Shown in pieces: positions 50,135-63,202 of a stretch of 64,000 nt of DNA. The stretch is from Podarcis melisellensis. Lineage: Eukaryota. Positions within the stretch are counted from its first letter, which is position 1. The number at the start of each line of letters is the position of its first letter. The stretch is taken from NCBI GenBank assembly GCA_964234715.1, contig OZ174278.1. One strand, 5' to 3'. Under the pieces are notes generated by a model. That model saw only the letters and a list, made by a program, of their open reading frames with translations, made no database searches and was not told where the DNA came from. The translations under genes and the position numbers were made by a program.

Positions 50135-50358
50135 ACGTGAGAGAGGAAGCCTGTGTGTGTACCTACTATTTAAGATACAGAAGATTGACATTCTAGGTGA
50201 ACTATTTACATAGTTATTTGAATAAGTGTTTACTTTTTACTTTATTTACCCCTAAATTCTCCTTGCTTCCTTATGGGAGTGTAAGACAATTTTAAAAGGA
50301 GCAAATTGACTTAATCTGTATATCTTTATAAGCTTATGCTAGTCTTTGTACTTTGCAG

Positions 50359-50403
50359 GTAACAGCCAAGATCCGGATGAGCCAATATTAGAATTCAGTT
50401 TAG
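50359..50403 (+). CDS. INPP4A: INPP4A coding exon 2 (GNSQDPDEPILEFSL)
   Basis: ttgcag| acceptor, |gtgagt donor, 45 nt, phases fit both neighbours. Confidence 0.95.
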
Positions 50404-50679
50404 GTGAGTAGTTCCGTTGTCTGGAGAGGTCACTTCCTGATTTGCATGGAGAAGCCATTTTCAAGGGAGCCCAGCGACCGAAGCCCGCAGTTGTATTGAG
50501 GCAGCACTGGGTGTTGACATTTTGCGCCCCTAACCATTTTGTGTCTGGGCCTCCCCGTGGCCCTTTCCCACACTGTGCCACTGAGGCAGACAAGTGAAAA
50601 ATGGGCATTCCCTTCCCCTTTATACTTTGCATATATTTGTGTGACATGGTGTGTAAGCCGTATTGTTTCTTTCCTATAG

Positions 50680-50798
50680 CTTGCAGCGAGCTCCTTACCC
50701 CATCGCTAGATAGAAAGCCAAATAGTTTTGTAGCAGTGAGTGTAACTACACCACCTCAGGCATTCTGGACAAAGCATGCTCAGACAGAGATTATTGAG
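50680..50798 (+). CDS. INPP4A: INPP4A coding exon 3 ([40 protein letters not shown]), C2-domain region
   Basis: cctatag| acceptor, |gtaagt donor, 119 nt; peptide visible in ORF 50601-50858. Confidence 0.97.
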
Positions 50799-50910
50799 GT
50801 AAGTAATACTACATTACCCGCTGTGCCAGCCACAGCACCACCAGTTAATCTTAGCTGATACCAAGTTTTCCAAACGTAACTTTTTCTCTCCTTTTTTTTT
50901 TTAATTGCAG

Positions 50911-51027
50911 GGAACAAGCAACCCAATCTTTCTAAGCAGTATTGCCTTTTTTCAAGACTCTCTTATTAACCAGATGACACAAATAAAACTTTCTGTATAT
51001 GATGTTAAAGATAGATCTCAGGGAACT
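50911..51027 (+). CDS. INPP4A: INPP4A coding exon 4 ([39 protein letters not shown])
   Basis: Polypyrimidine tract plus ttgcag| acceptor, |gtaagt donor, 117 nt. Confidence 0.97.
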
Positions 51028-51197
51028 GTAAGTCTGATTCACCAAATGTCTTCTCTGTCATTCATGTACAGTGTAAACAAAATGTTGCATTTGGTCTAAG
51101 GGTACACTGCCTGTTCTGCCCCTTGAAGGCCAGCACTAACAGTGTAATCCTAACCTTATCTACTCAGAAGTAAGTCTTGTTGAATTCTGCGAGGCTT

Positions 51198-51431
51198 AGG
51201 TAAAGGTAAAGGGACCCCGACCATTAGGTCCAGTCGTGACCAACTCTGGGGTTGCGGCACTCATCTCGCTTTATTGGCTGAGGGAGCTGGCATACAGCTT
51301 CCGGGTCATGTGGCCAGCATGACTAAGCCGCTTCTGGCGAACCAGAGCAGCGCACGGAAACGCCGTTTACCTTCCCGCCAGAGCGGTACCTATTTATCTA
51401 CTTGTGACGTGCTTTTGAACTGCTAGGTTGG
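51198..51431 (-). mobile_element. 5'-truncated Sauria SINE inserted in a short foldback repeat
   Basis: aggtaaaggtaaagggacccc tail; flanks taatcctaac...gttaggattg are inverted. Confidence 0.85.
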
Positions 51432-52012
51432 CTTACTCTGTGGGGCTTACTCCTGGCTAAATGTAGTTAGGATTGCTTTCATAGTGCTGGGCTCAGGAAC
51501 TTGAGGCTTGAGGGCCAAATCCAGCCCTCTCCATCCAGCCCTCAGGAGTGTCTGCAGGCCATGCCTCTCCTCCACATCACATCTGTCACTGGCCATGTTT
51601 TTAGGCCTCCTTCATGTGCTTTTGCTTGGCTGGATTGTGTCCTTGAACTGTGACAAATCCTCTTGCCTGGATTCAAGATGGAGAGTGGGGTTTGTATAGA
51701 CATTTTAGCGAGGCTAAAACATAGGCCACTGTACAAAGTAAGAGCCATATCTGTTGCCCCACCCACTATTTTGCCCCTGGCTCCACCCACCACAGGTATG
51801 TAGTGCCTGGAAAGTTGCCTGTGAAGGAATTTGGCCCTTAGGTTAGAAAAGGTCCCCACACCACAACGCCTTAGGAGATAGTATTGTTAAATGAGCATTC
51901 TAAACATGTGCTTGAAGATGCTCATTTTGGGCGACATCCAGTGATTCCCTTCCTCTGATGGAGAGTGGGAATCTGTGGATCCAACTGATTAAAAATAACC
52001 ATGCTTGTAGTT

Positions 52013-52014
<2 letters not shown>

Positions 52015-52058
<44 letters not shown>
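52015..52058. repeat. (TC)n(AC)n microsatellite
   Basis: Direct reading. Confidence 0.96.
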
Positions 52059-52506
52059 TGCCAAATTGTAGTTTATAAAACTAGCCAAGGCTTGGTGTGA
52101 TGTCTGAATTGATAAAATATGGTATGTATGTAATCGTCTAGCAAAGCATAATCCCAAAGCCGTGCTTTTGACATTGCAGCCATTGTTCTGTCTCTGAAGA
52201 CTGTTGAATCCTAGAGACAGAAGTGAACTTATGAACCTGAATACTGCACTGATAGAAAATGAAGGCAGACAAACCACTCTGAATTGTGATTTGAGTCTTG
52301 CAGGCTTTGGAAAGTCAAGCTATCATTCTGAACGATTGCTAGTGCATTCTATATTCTGGCACGATGTCAGTACTGAGCCAGAGAAAGTGAGAGGCTTTGG
52401 TTTGAGACATCACCTTGAAGCCATAGGAATGAGCTTTGTAAATAGAAATTAGAAACGTAATTAGGATTAAAATGTCCTCTGCATTGACAATACTTGTCTT
52501 TTCCAG

Positions 52507-52586
52507 ATGTATCTATTGGGTTCTGTGATGTTCACTGTAAAGCAGCTACTTAAGGAGAGGAACCATAGGTTGCATTTAACACTAAG
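52507..52586 (+). CDS. INPP4A: INPP4A coding exon 5 (MYLLGSVMFTVKQLLKERNHRLHLTLR)
   Basis: ttccag| acceptor, |gtttgt donor, 80 nt, phase 2. Confidence 0.95.
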
Positions 52587-53898
52587 GTTTGTGCTCCATT
52601 TTTGTTCATTTGAAAAGAATCAAGCTTCCACATCTTTGTGTACTATTGGAAAACTAGGCCATTTAACTGCACGATTGATGCTGTTTAAACTTGGGTCCTT
52701 TATTGCACCCGAGTTCAGAAAGTGAAGTGTCCAGGCTTTTAGGGCTATGAATGCTCAACAAGACCTTTTTTAATTTTGTGTTGTAATGAAATAAATATTG
52801 GAACTTCAAAGTTTCCTCTTATCTCGAGTGACTGTAAGACAATTTAATGTTTAGCACATATCTTGCACAGGGCAGAGACTTTCTGGTAATTCTTGTTAGT
52901 AGAACTTTGGTAAAGTAGAATATTTGTCTTATGATTTTCCCCACCCAGCATAAAAACAGAGACTTGAACACCAACAAGTAACCTCAGGAGTCTTTTTCAT
53001 GTGTTACTTGTGCGGTGGGGCAACCATTGAGCTAAAGTATTATTTTTAATCTTCAAAACCCTATTCTTCAAAATTGTATGTGTTCCAAATCTGCACTTAT
53101 TAAAGTTCTGTGGGTTTTTGTGTTTTGTTTACACTTAGAAATGAAAGCCAATTTCAGGGCATGTCAGAAAAGCTAATTTATATGTGTATCAGTAAGCCAG
53201 CTCCCAGATTCTGAAGGAATATAAAGATGTAAATGCAAAACATTGGTAATGATTCTGTTTGGCAGAGCTTGCATAGATCACAATGACAAGGCAATTGCAT
53301 CTGGCAAAGTCAATTACATACATGCATATAAGTTTTCAGAAGTGTCCTTCTGCACTTCAACCTCAACCTCACTTTTTTTTTTTTTGAATTTTGGCTTAGG
53401 CCTTTGGCTTAATGCCAAAGCAGATGCAACTGCATTTGCTAGTATCCCTTCTCCATTACATGTCTCTCCTGTTTTCCCCTTCTCTTCCCGCTTTGTTGCC
53501 TGCCCTGTATTTGAAATGCGTACTGTAAACTCCTTGGGACAGGGACCTGTGCGTTTTGCTTCTGTAAGGCCTGTAAAGCACTACAAAACTAGTACTGTAA
53601 GCTCCAAGGGCTGAGAGGATGATTTTACCCAACCTTGGATCGCGAGAGGTTACAAAATACCCAAGGCTACACATATCCATGCATTTAGCATCTTTCTTAT
53701 ATTTTAATATTTTTATATAGCAGGTCAAGTGTTGGATCCTGATCTTTTAGTTTGAGTCTCCGTTTATGTAGCTAGAAAGAGTTAACGACAGAGGAAGCTG
53801 TAAGAATTGGGGTCTATAGCCAGGTGGCATAGTATGTGCAACAGCAACCAATCAATAGTCCTAGCTGATGGATCGCAGCAATGATGTGTGTGTTGCAG

Positions 53899-54010
53899 AT
53901 CTGCTGAAAGTGATCGTGTTGGTAACATTACAGTCATAGGATGGCAAGTGGAAGAAAAAACAGACCAAAGGCCTCCAGTTACCAGGTCTCCTGACACCAT
54001 CAATGGAAGG
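53899..54010 (+). CDS. INPP4A: INPP4A coding exon 6 ([37 protein letters not shown])
   Basis: ttgcag| acceptor, |gtgagt donor, 112 nt. Confidence 0.96.
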
Positions 54011-54668
54011 GTGAGTGAATATCTTGCCCTCCTTCTCAAGACAATGCTGGAAATAAAAGATGTGATTGATGATCTCCTCACCACCTTCTTTTACACTTTC
54101 CCCAACCACCCTCAAGGACAATTCACACTGTGTTGCTGTTCTTTTAACCCATGGGGCTGTTCAGACCTTACTTGGGTGCAAGCGTTCAGGGGGCAAGCAT
54201 AATGTACATAGCACAGCAGCCAGTCTGATGACTGCAGTAGTTGTGCCACTATAATATCAGGAAGTATCTGGGATTTTATTCCATGCTGATCGGCATCTCA
54301 TTGCGGAACGATAATTTCAGAAGCGTGTTTCTTGTCGTCAATTTTTATTTTTCTCAAAAGATGCGGTGATCACCTGTCAAGATCACCTGTCAAGACTAGA
54401 GAGAGAGAGTCCATGAATTCCACTGGGTATTATAAAAGATTAGCACACTGACAGGTGGCAGAATATACACAAATATCGCTCAGGGTTTCTTTATGCTGTA
54501 GCTGCGTGTAAAACATCCCTGAATGCTACACATTTATCTGATAGCAGATCTTGTTGAAAATGTCTCAGAAGTAAACAGTCCTCTATAGGTCAGTACATTT
54601 TATTTAAAAAAAAAATCAGTGATGAAGCATTGCGTTTTATGTATTAATACTATTCTCATTTTCTTCAG

Positions 54669-54759
54669 ACTGTGCTGTCAGTTGATGAAAGTTTAACAGA
54701 ATCTTTAGGAATCCGATCCAAGTATGCTTCATTACGGAAAGACGTGTTGTTAAAATCCG
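54669..54759 (+). CDS. INPP4A: INPP4A coding exon 7 ([30 protein letters not shown])
   Basis: cttcag| acceptor, |gtaagt donor, 91 nt; not in the ORF track, read manually. Confidence 0.95.
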
Positions 54760-55299
54760 GTAAGTACCTACCTGTGCTGCTCATTGATATTTCTGGATCC
54801 CATATAGCTCAGTGTTCCAGCAAATGACTTCCTAATCTTCAAATGTATGCTGAGTCAGTCTTTTGACTGCACTAAACAAATTGGGTGTATCTGCATTTGT
54901 TTTAACTGATGTGTCATCTTGACGACATGCATATAAGTAGATGGGGACAGGGGTGCACTGCTGATCTGAGTTTAAGAGCATAAGAACACAAGATGAGCCT
55001 TCTGGGTCAAACCAATGGCCCATCTGGTGTTCTCACAGTGGCGAGCCAGAGGCCAGTGGGAAACCTGCAAGCAGGACCCAAACACGAGAGCCCTCTCCCC
55101 TCCTACGATTTCTAGCAACTGGTATTCAGAAGCATTAGAGACTTTGGTTGCAATTTCTGATCAGTTGTATTAGACTAATATAGTGTTTAGTGACATTGTT
55201 ATTGGCCATCGTGTTGTGTTATTTTGTTCAGCTCCAACTGAGCAGAGCAGAGCAATCATGGGTGGTAGTCATCAATTGCCCTCTCTGGCATGAATTGCT

Positions 55300-55678
55300 T
55301 AATCTTCTTTTAAAGCCATCTAGATAGGTGGCCATCACTGCCTTAATATCTTCCAACATTTAGCTGCATTGGATGTCTATGAATTCCAGTGTTACGAGAA
55401 AGTGAAAACATTTTCTCGATCCCCTATGCCATGAATAATTTTATGAACTTCTGCCATGTCGCCTTGCACAAGCCTTTTCCCTAAGCTAAATATCCCAACA
55501 TCTCTCCTTATAAGGGAATTGCTCTGTCCTTTATTATCATTTTGGATGCCTTTTCCTGAACCTTTCCACACTCTACAATATCTTTTTTGAGATAAGGCAA
55601 CCAGAACTGTCCTTTCTTCATGATCCCTTGCAGTGAAGTCTTCACAGCTGCTGCACACTGGGTTGAAATTTTCATAAA
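55300..55678 (-). mobile_element. CR1 LINE 3' fragment
   Basis: MKISTQCAAAVK..QFWLPYLKKDIVE..KVQEKASKMI in ORF 55508-55777. Confidence 0.8.
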
Positions 55679-55680
55679 AC

Positions 55681-55720
<40 letters not shown>
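55681..55720. repeat. (GATA)n microsatellite
   Basis: Direct reading, 10 units. Confidence 0.97.
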
Positions 55721-55721
<1 letters not shown>

Positions 55722-56933
55722 ACAAGCAGTACTAGCAGAGTTGCAGCATAAAGTTTTTGAGGCAAAATGTCTTGCAAGGTTTCCCCCCAAAAACATCACT
55801 GGAAGCAAAAGTTAGTTTTCAGGAGCAACCATTGATATGTTGTGTGATCTAGAGAAAGCGTGTTTGTGTGTTGCTTAAGTGCTTCTCTGCATGCACAGGG
55901 AGGCATGCCGTTTTTTGCTCACAGTTGCAGTGCCATGTGTCGTATGAAACACGTCTCTGGAAGGGCTTCTGTTAGCAGCACATGGCAGCCCACATTCACA
56001 AAGAGCTGCAGGAGGAGGAAGGGAAGTCCTTAGAGCAGCCTTACCTAAACTGGTTTTGGACTACAATGCCCATTAGTCCCAGTTAGCAGGTCAGTAGTTG
56101 AGGATTAGCATTTGGAGGGCACCAGATTAGGGAAGGCTGCCCTAGTGAATGCGCATAAACCTTTGGATCTCGGCCACCGTTGTATCACTGGCTGAAGACA
56201 GAGGCAGCTCACAGCACTGGGAAGACACTTCCAACTCTCTTCTAGAAAGATATATCCACAGCTGTTTCTGTTGTAACCAGCAGATGGAATGCTGATAAAT
56301 CTTTTTGTGCCTCTCCCTGCTTGTTTTGTTTCCCAGCCATAGGAGGAGGCAAACTGCCCTGCAGCCCAGCTGCCTAAGATAGGCAAAGGGTTGTGCTGTG
56401 AGCTCCCTTTCCATATCACATCTGTCTTCAGTCATGTTTCGTCAGCTGCGGATGCACTTGTAAGAATGATGCAACAAAATAATTGTGTGTGTGTCCAAAT
56501 AATTGTGTACTCCATTGAGACTCTTTTCTATATAACTTCGTCATGTGAACTCATTCTGAGTGGCTTGCTGCAGAGTGGCAAACTAAACAGAATTGCTTAT
56601 TTTTCAGTGTTTGTTGGACACAGAGCATTACTCATCCAGACTCTTATCTAGCATCATCTATGCTGTTGCTAATAAAGGCTTCCTTTCACCAATATCTATG
56701 ATTATGGTAGCACTCTCCTTGGACATCAGTGCTGGGAAGCTAAGACACTACTTGGAAACGAACAGCCACACAATTTATGTGATTGTGTGCAGGAGAAAAG
56801 TCCAGGCCACGTCACGTGGATGAGGCTTGGATTGTGGGATCAGGATTGCCTGCAAAAGTGTGGTCCCGATAAAGCTCATTATGAAGCTGTTGGGCATCTG
56901 CGTTGTAACCCAAATATACATGTCTATGACTAA

Positions 56934-57274
56934 GGGACGCGGGTGGCGCTGTGGGTTAAACCACAGAGCCTAGGACTTGCCGATCAGAAGGTTGCCGGTT
57001 CGAATCCCCGCGATGGGGGGAGCTCCCGTTGCTCGGTCCCTGCTCCTGCCAACCTAGCAGTTCGAAAGCACGTCAAAGTGCAAGTAGATAAATAGGTACC
57101 GCTCCGGTGAGAAGGTGCACTGCTCTGGTTCGCCAGAAGTGGCTTAGTCATGCTGGCCACATGACCTGGAAGCTGTACGCCAGCTCCCTCGGCCAATAAA
57201 GCGAGATGAGCACCGCAACCCCCAGAGTCGGCCACGACTGGACCTAATGGTCAGGGGTCCCTTTACCTTACCTT
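56934..57274 (+). mobile_element. Sauria SINE
   Basis: Full length, same family. Confidence 0.92.
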
Positions 57275-57539
57275 TGTCACTAGTCTAACATTTTTAATGC
57301 ACATTTTTTAAATTAAAAAAATGCAGTATATGGAAAAGTGATTCAAGAATTGATCAGACCTCAATTTCTGCTTTTGCTGTGGTTGTTTGAATATGTGCAC
57401 TGGGTGGGGGTGGGGAATTAACTAAGTGTAATGCTGTTACATTAATCTTTTGTATGTTTCGGTGTAATAGGCCATTTGTGATCTCTGAGCCTCTTAACAA
57501 CTTTGGTGTTAGGGGAATGGAGTTTGTATTATCTGGTAG

Positions 57540-57713
<174 letters not shown>

Positions 57714-58770
57714 TAACCCCACCACCACCACAGTAGTCCCTATAAAAATGCTTTACACCTATGCTTTTGAAGTTGTAAAGAAAACAATATATTGTATGCA
57801 GCTTTGTTGTAAATACCTGCCCTCACAGCTCTGCATTTCTGACCCACTCTCCTGACCTGCCTTGCAAAATCTTTTGAAGGAGTATTGCTAGGAACGCCAA
57901 AGTCCCAGTGGCATAGACCCATTTTATGAACTTGCAAATTTAGGCTGATTTTTCCAAAAATCAACAACAAATTCTGGTTTGGGCTGCCTGAACTGTCATG
58001 GATTGTTTTCAGCCTAGTTAACTGTTAGGATGTGATTCCCTTCTGTCTTCCTGTGACTGAAAGATGTTACCAGCTGAACTGAATCAGGGCTTTGTCAGTT
58101 TATACTATCAGATAACTTTTTGATAGATATAATGATAATCTGGCTAGCTCAAGTGGAGTCAGGACTCAGGATAAACCGAGTATGCCATGAGAAGTGCTGC
58201 TGTTGCTATTACATTATTCAGCCACAGTTCTATAAAAAGCCAACCTCAAGCTTTGAGGTAAATCTTTAATGAGAACTGGTTCCCATGGCCTTTTACTGTT
58301 TTGAAGCTCCTGGCGTTACACAGCCTAGTTGAAAAGTTATTTTAAAGGTGATGAAATATTATTATATTTGAAACTCTGATTTCTGCATACATCATCTGCT
58401 GCCCATGTGGCTTGGCTGTTACTATGGTTTGTTGGACCTCAATTCATTTCGAGGTCACTGGCTACTTGACTCCTTTCATAGTAAGTAGCCTTGTATTGGG
58501 TTAGGAAACAAAATTAGGGCAATGGCAAAAATTAGGAGGCATCTACACAAAAAACATATAAAGCTCAATGAAGGTATCACAGGAAACTCTCTTTGGACAC
58601 ATCAGTTTTCACTGATTTGAAGAGAAGCAAATATTGCTGATAAAAACATACTTGTGGGTTTGTGTCCAGCTTAATCCTATAGTCAGTCATAGTCACTGCT
58701 CTGTATCGGCCAAGAAACATTTCCCGCTGTTCTTCCACACCTCTCTGTATATTTTTTCATTTTATATATA

Positions 58771-60889
58771 CAGTGGTGCCCCGCTAGACGAATGCCTCGC
58801 AAGACGAAAAACCCGCAAGACGAAAGGGTTTTTCGGTTTTTGCGACGCTTCGCTAGACGATTTTCCCTATGGGCTTGCATCGCAAGACGAAAGCCCATAG
58901 GGAAATCTCGGGGACCTTTTTTTAAATGCTGGCGGTGGGGAGCAAAGCCTTCCCCCCCCTCCGGACTTCAGAAGAGGTCCAGGAAGGCCGGCGGGGGCGA
59001 AAGGCTTTGCTCCCCACCGCCAGCATTTTAAAAGCGGTCCGGGATAGCAGGGAAGCGCTTCCCGCTATCCCGGACGGCTTTTGAAGGCAGGCAGGGGGGG
59101 CAAAGACTTTTGCCCCCCGCCCGCCTTGGGAAGAGGTCCTGGACCTCTTCCCAAGGCGGGCGGGGGGCAAAAGTCTTTGCCCCCCCTGCCTGCCTAACCG
59201 GGGGCTTTTAAATCCCGGGAGAGCGGGAAGGCAGCGCTGTCTTTTCCGCTCTCCCGGAAAGGCAGGCAGGGGGGAGCAAAGACTTTTGCCCCCCGCCCGC
59301 CTTCGGAAGAGGGCCAGGACCTCTTCCCAAGGCGGGCGGGGGGCAAAAGTCTTTGCCCCCCCTGCCTGCCTAACCGGGGGCTTTTAAATCGCCCCGGGAC
59401 TGTCCGGGGCGATTTAAAAGCCCCCGGACGGCTTTTGAAGCCTCCCCCCCCGCCCGGCTTCGGGGCATCATCCCGATGCCGGGCGGTGGGGCAGGAACGC
59501 CTCCCCCAGCCGCCCGGCTTCGGGGCATCGTCCCGATGCCGGGCGGTGGGGCAGGAACGCCTCCCCCAGCCGCCCGGCTTCGGGGCATCGTCCCGATGCC
59601 GGGCGGTGGGGCAGGAACGCCTCCCCCAGCCGCCCGGCTTCGGGGCATCGTCCCGATGCCGGGCGGTGGGGCAGGAAAGCCTCCCCCAGCCGCCCGGCAT
59701 CGGAACGATGTCCCGAAGCCGGGCGGCCGGGCGGGAAAGCCTCCCCCCCCCCCGCCCGGCTTCGGGGCATCGTCCCGATGCCGGGCGGTGGGGCAGGAAC
59801 GCCTCCCCCAGCCGCCCGGCTTCGGGGCATCGTCCCGATGCCGGGCGGTGGGGCAGGAACGCCTCCCCCAGCCGCCCGGCTTCGGGGCGTCGTCCCGATG
59901 CCGGGCGGTGGGGCAGGAACGCCTCCCCCAGCCGCCCGGTTTCGGGGCGTCGTCCCGATGCCGGGCGGTGGGGCAGGAACGCCTCCCCCAGCCGCCCGGC
60001 TTCGGGGCATCTTCCCGATGCCGGGCGGTGGGGCAGGAACGCCTCCCCCAGCCGCCCGGCTTCGGGGCATCGTCCCGATGCCGGGCGGTGGGGCAGGAAA
60101 GCCTCCCCCAGCCGCCCGGCATCGGAACGATGTCCCGAAGCCGGGCGGCCGGGCGGGAAAGCCTCCCCCCCCCGCCCGGCTTCGGGGCATCGTCCCGATG
60201 CCGGGCGGTGGGGCAGGAACGCCTCCCCCAGCCGCCCGGCATCGGGGCATCGTCCCGATGCCGGGCGGTGGGGCAGGAACGCCTCCCCCAGCCGCCCGGC
60301 TTCGGGGCATCGTCCCGATGCCGGGCGGTGGGGCAGGAAAGCCTCCCCCAGCCGCCCGGCATCGGAACGATGTCCCGAAGCCGGGCGGCCGGGCGGGAAA
60401 GCCTCCCCCCCCCGCCCGGCTTCGGGGCATCGTCCCGATGCCGGGCGGTGGGGCAGGAAAGCCTCCCCCAGCCGCCCGGCATCGGGGCATCGTCCCGATG
60501 CCGGGCGGTGGGGCAGGAACGCCTCCCCCAGCCGCCCGGCATCGGGGCATCGTCCCGATGCCGGGCGGTGGGGCAGGAAAGCCTCCCCCAGCCGCCCGGC
60601 ATCGGAACGATGTCCCGAAGCCGGGCGGCCGGGCGGGAAAGCCTTTGTCCCCCCTGCCTGCCTTCCCAGGGGCTTTTAAATCGCCCCGGACAGCGGAGAA
60701 GTCCTCCGCTGTCCCGGGCGATTTTAAAATGCCGCCCGCCAGAAGAGGTCGGGGGAAGGCTTTTTCCATAGGAACGCATTAATTGATTTTCAATGCATTC
60801 CTATGGAAAACCGTGCATCGCAAGACGAAAAACTCGCAAGACGAAGAGACTTGCGGAACGAATTAATTTCGTCTTGCGAGGCACCACTG
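58771..60889. mobile_element. Non-autonomous Tigger/pogo-like DNA transposon with a palindrome-rich interior and a 60-bp array, in the intron between coding exons 8 and 9
   Basis: TA|CAGTGGTGCCCCGCTAGACGAAT ... ATTTCGTCTTGCGAGGCACCACTG|TA TIRs, TA TSD, repeated subterminal CGCAAGACGA motifs. Confidence 0.88.
59451..60644. repeat. 60-bp GC-rich minisatellite, 20 units, with higher-order structure
   Basis: Unit cgcccggcttcggggcatcgtcccgatgccgggcggtggggcaggaacgcctcccccagc aligns row by row in the 60-nt display. Confidence 0.97.
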
Positions 60890-62980
60890 TATCTCCCTAA
60901 GTTGATTGGTAATAATTTTTAGCTTGTTCACTGTTGTTATCTGAGCCTTATTTGGACGTTCAGGTTCCTCACATGATTTGAAATGTGTGAGGGAGAGGAG
61001 GGAATACACTGTCTGTCCCCGCCCCTGAATCATATCCCCTGGCTCTCCATGTGTCCCCCATTTGATAAACTAAATTGATCCTAAATTGCATGTGGAACTT
61101 CAATAAGAACAGCAGGCACCCTGCTGCAGATGTTCTCCTTCCAACCCAAGGAGGATGGTGGGTCAGGATGGACACAGGTGTCACTGGGAACATTGAGCAT
61201 TACTCTGCTCTTCTTCTTATTGTGTATGGAAGAGAAGTCCTGAATAGGGCACTTTCCCATGAGTTTTGGACAAGTATCTTTGAAATATTTCTTTTTAAGA
61301 GTTAGGAAGGGCTGTGTATCTGTGAACATGGCAGAGAAGCAAACCTCCTGGCAATGGGTTGGGAAAAGAGAAGAGTGGCACAGTCTGGGAATAAGGTTTT
61401 TGGAGTGGCCCATGGCTCTTCAAGCCCCAAACCTGCTTATGTTTCAGCAGCAGTTTTTAAAGTAGATGACTGCATCATGGTGCTGGCTTGTTTCTCCATC
61501 CATCCTCCTCTTCTTTCTAGTCAAATGTTATGCCTGTGTATGAAATCCAGCAGTATTTGGGCATATCTAGTGTGCAGGGTGGAAAGGTACAGACACATTT
61601 CCTAATTATGCATAGCAGAACATTTAGGGGTGAGTGGGAAGTCGGGCTTAGTCCGGTGGGCTTTGTAGAAAAAGGAAGCTTTGGATACTAGTAATGATCA
61701 GTGGTCCTAATTCTTCAGTCGTGAAGGGTTATGCATTGACAATATACTGACATTTGCACATTTTGATTCCCAGTAACACAGATGTATTGAAAGCATTTCT
61801 CAAATCTTACTCTGCATGTGACATTTCAAAAAGGCTTAAATGAGTTCATTGGCATCACAAGCCAAAGAGGAATGAGAAGAAACAGGATTTGCAGAGGAGG
61901 GAAATGACTCAGGGAGGGTTGCTGAGTTTGATGGACCCGCATGAGTGAGAAGTGATCTCTTCCAGTGCTTGACACAGAGCCAGTCACTCTCGTTTTCACC
62001 CCTCCAAAGAATGTGTCACTTACAATAGCAAACTCGGAATTGATTTAGTTTCCATAGGCAGAGTGCCATCAGATGGCTAGGTTTTAGGCAGGCCTGTGTG
62101 GAGCTTGTCTGAGGCCCAGGGTGCGGGTCTTCTTAGAATAAAGTTATAAACTGAAACCAAAAAGCAGTCAGTTCCGGGCAGGGTTTAGCTCCCTTCCCCC
62201 AGCCCTTTGGCCAGCTTATTCCTCCAAGTCCTGGGGCAAGTGTATCTGGCTGCCTGCCCCCTTGCACAGGCCTGGTTTCAGGGTCCCTCCAATTCTCTTT
62301 CCTTTCCCCTTTAAAAAGGTGAAACCTCTCCTCCTGCCATTTTCAGAATAGCAAAATATGCTCACATGGCTGCTATAGGTACCTCTGCATGGCAAGTTAG
62401 GTTGTTGGCCTGGCCTGTGTTCCAGGTCGCATTTGATGGCATGCAAGTAATGTCTAGTTCTACCCATTGCTGTGCTCTGTAATGATGCTGAGCTGTGGCT
62501 ATGGTGCACATGAAAATATTGTGCTGTTGCAATGCTTCAATTTTAGCACATGTGCCACAGAAGTGAGGCCAATCCAGCTGGAAAACCAAACGGAATGCTT
62601 TCTGATGATATAATAATCACACAAGCATCAACACTGCATGTTTCCTGTTCCTAGGATCAAACTTAAAGGCATTTGTAGAATTAGGGTTTTGCGCTTCTTC
62701 CCAAATGTGGGGAAACCTGTGTGGTTAGCCTCCATGAAGTCACACAAGAGATGGCACAACGCACCAAATGCGTTAGAATGAACCTGTAATTTTGTCTTGT
62801 TTAAGGCAAGTATAAGCATTGGCTGTGGTCTTTCGTGCAGATAGTATATTGTTCTGTATGACTGTCAGGTGTAACAGTGCCACAACATCTTTTTTAAAAA
62901 AACAAACAAAGGAAACCAGCCCAAACTTGACTAATGTCTCAAAATGGCCCTGATGTGCTTGAGGAAGGGGCAAGTAATAG

Positions 62981-63202
<222 letters not shown>

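Noticed and set aside
59194-60782. Overlapping ORFs of up to 469 aa, Pro/Gly/Arg-rich
   Set aside because: The stop-free 60-bp GC repeat is open in nearly all frames and lies inside a MITE within an intron
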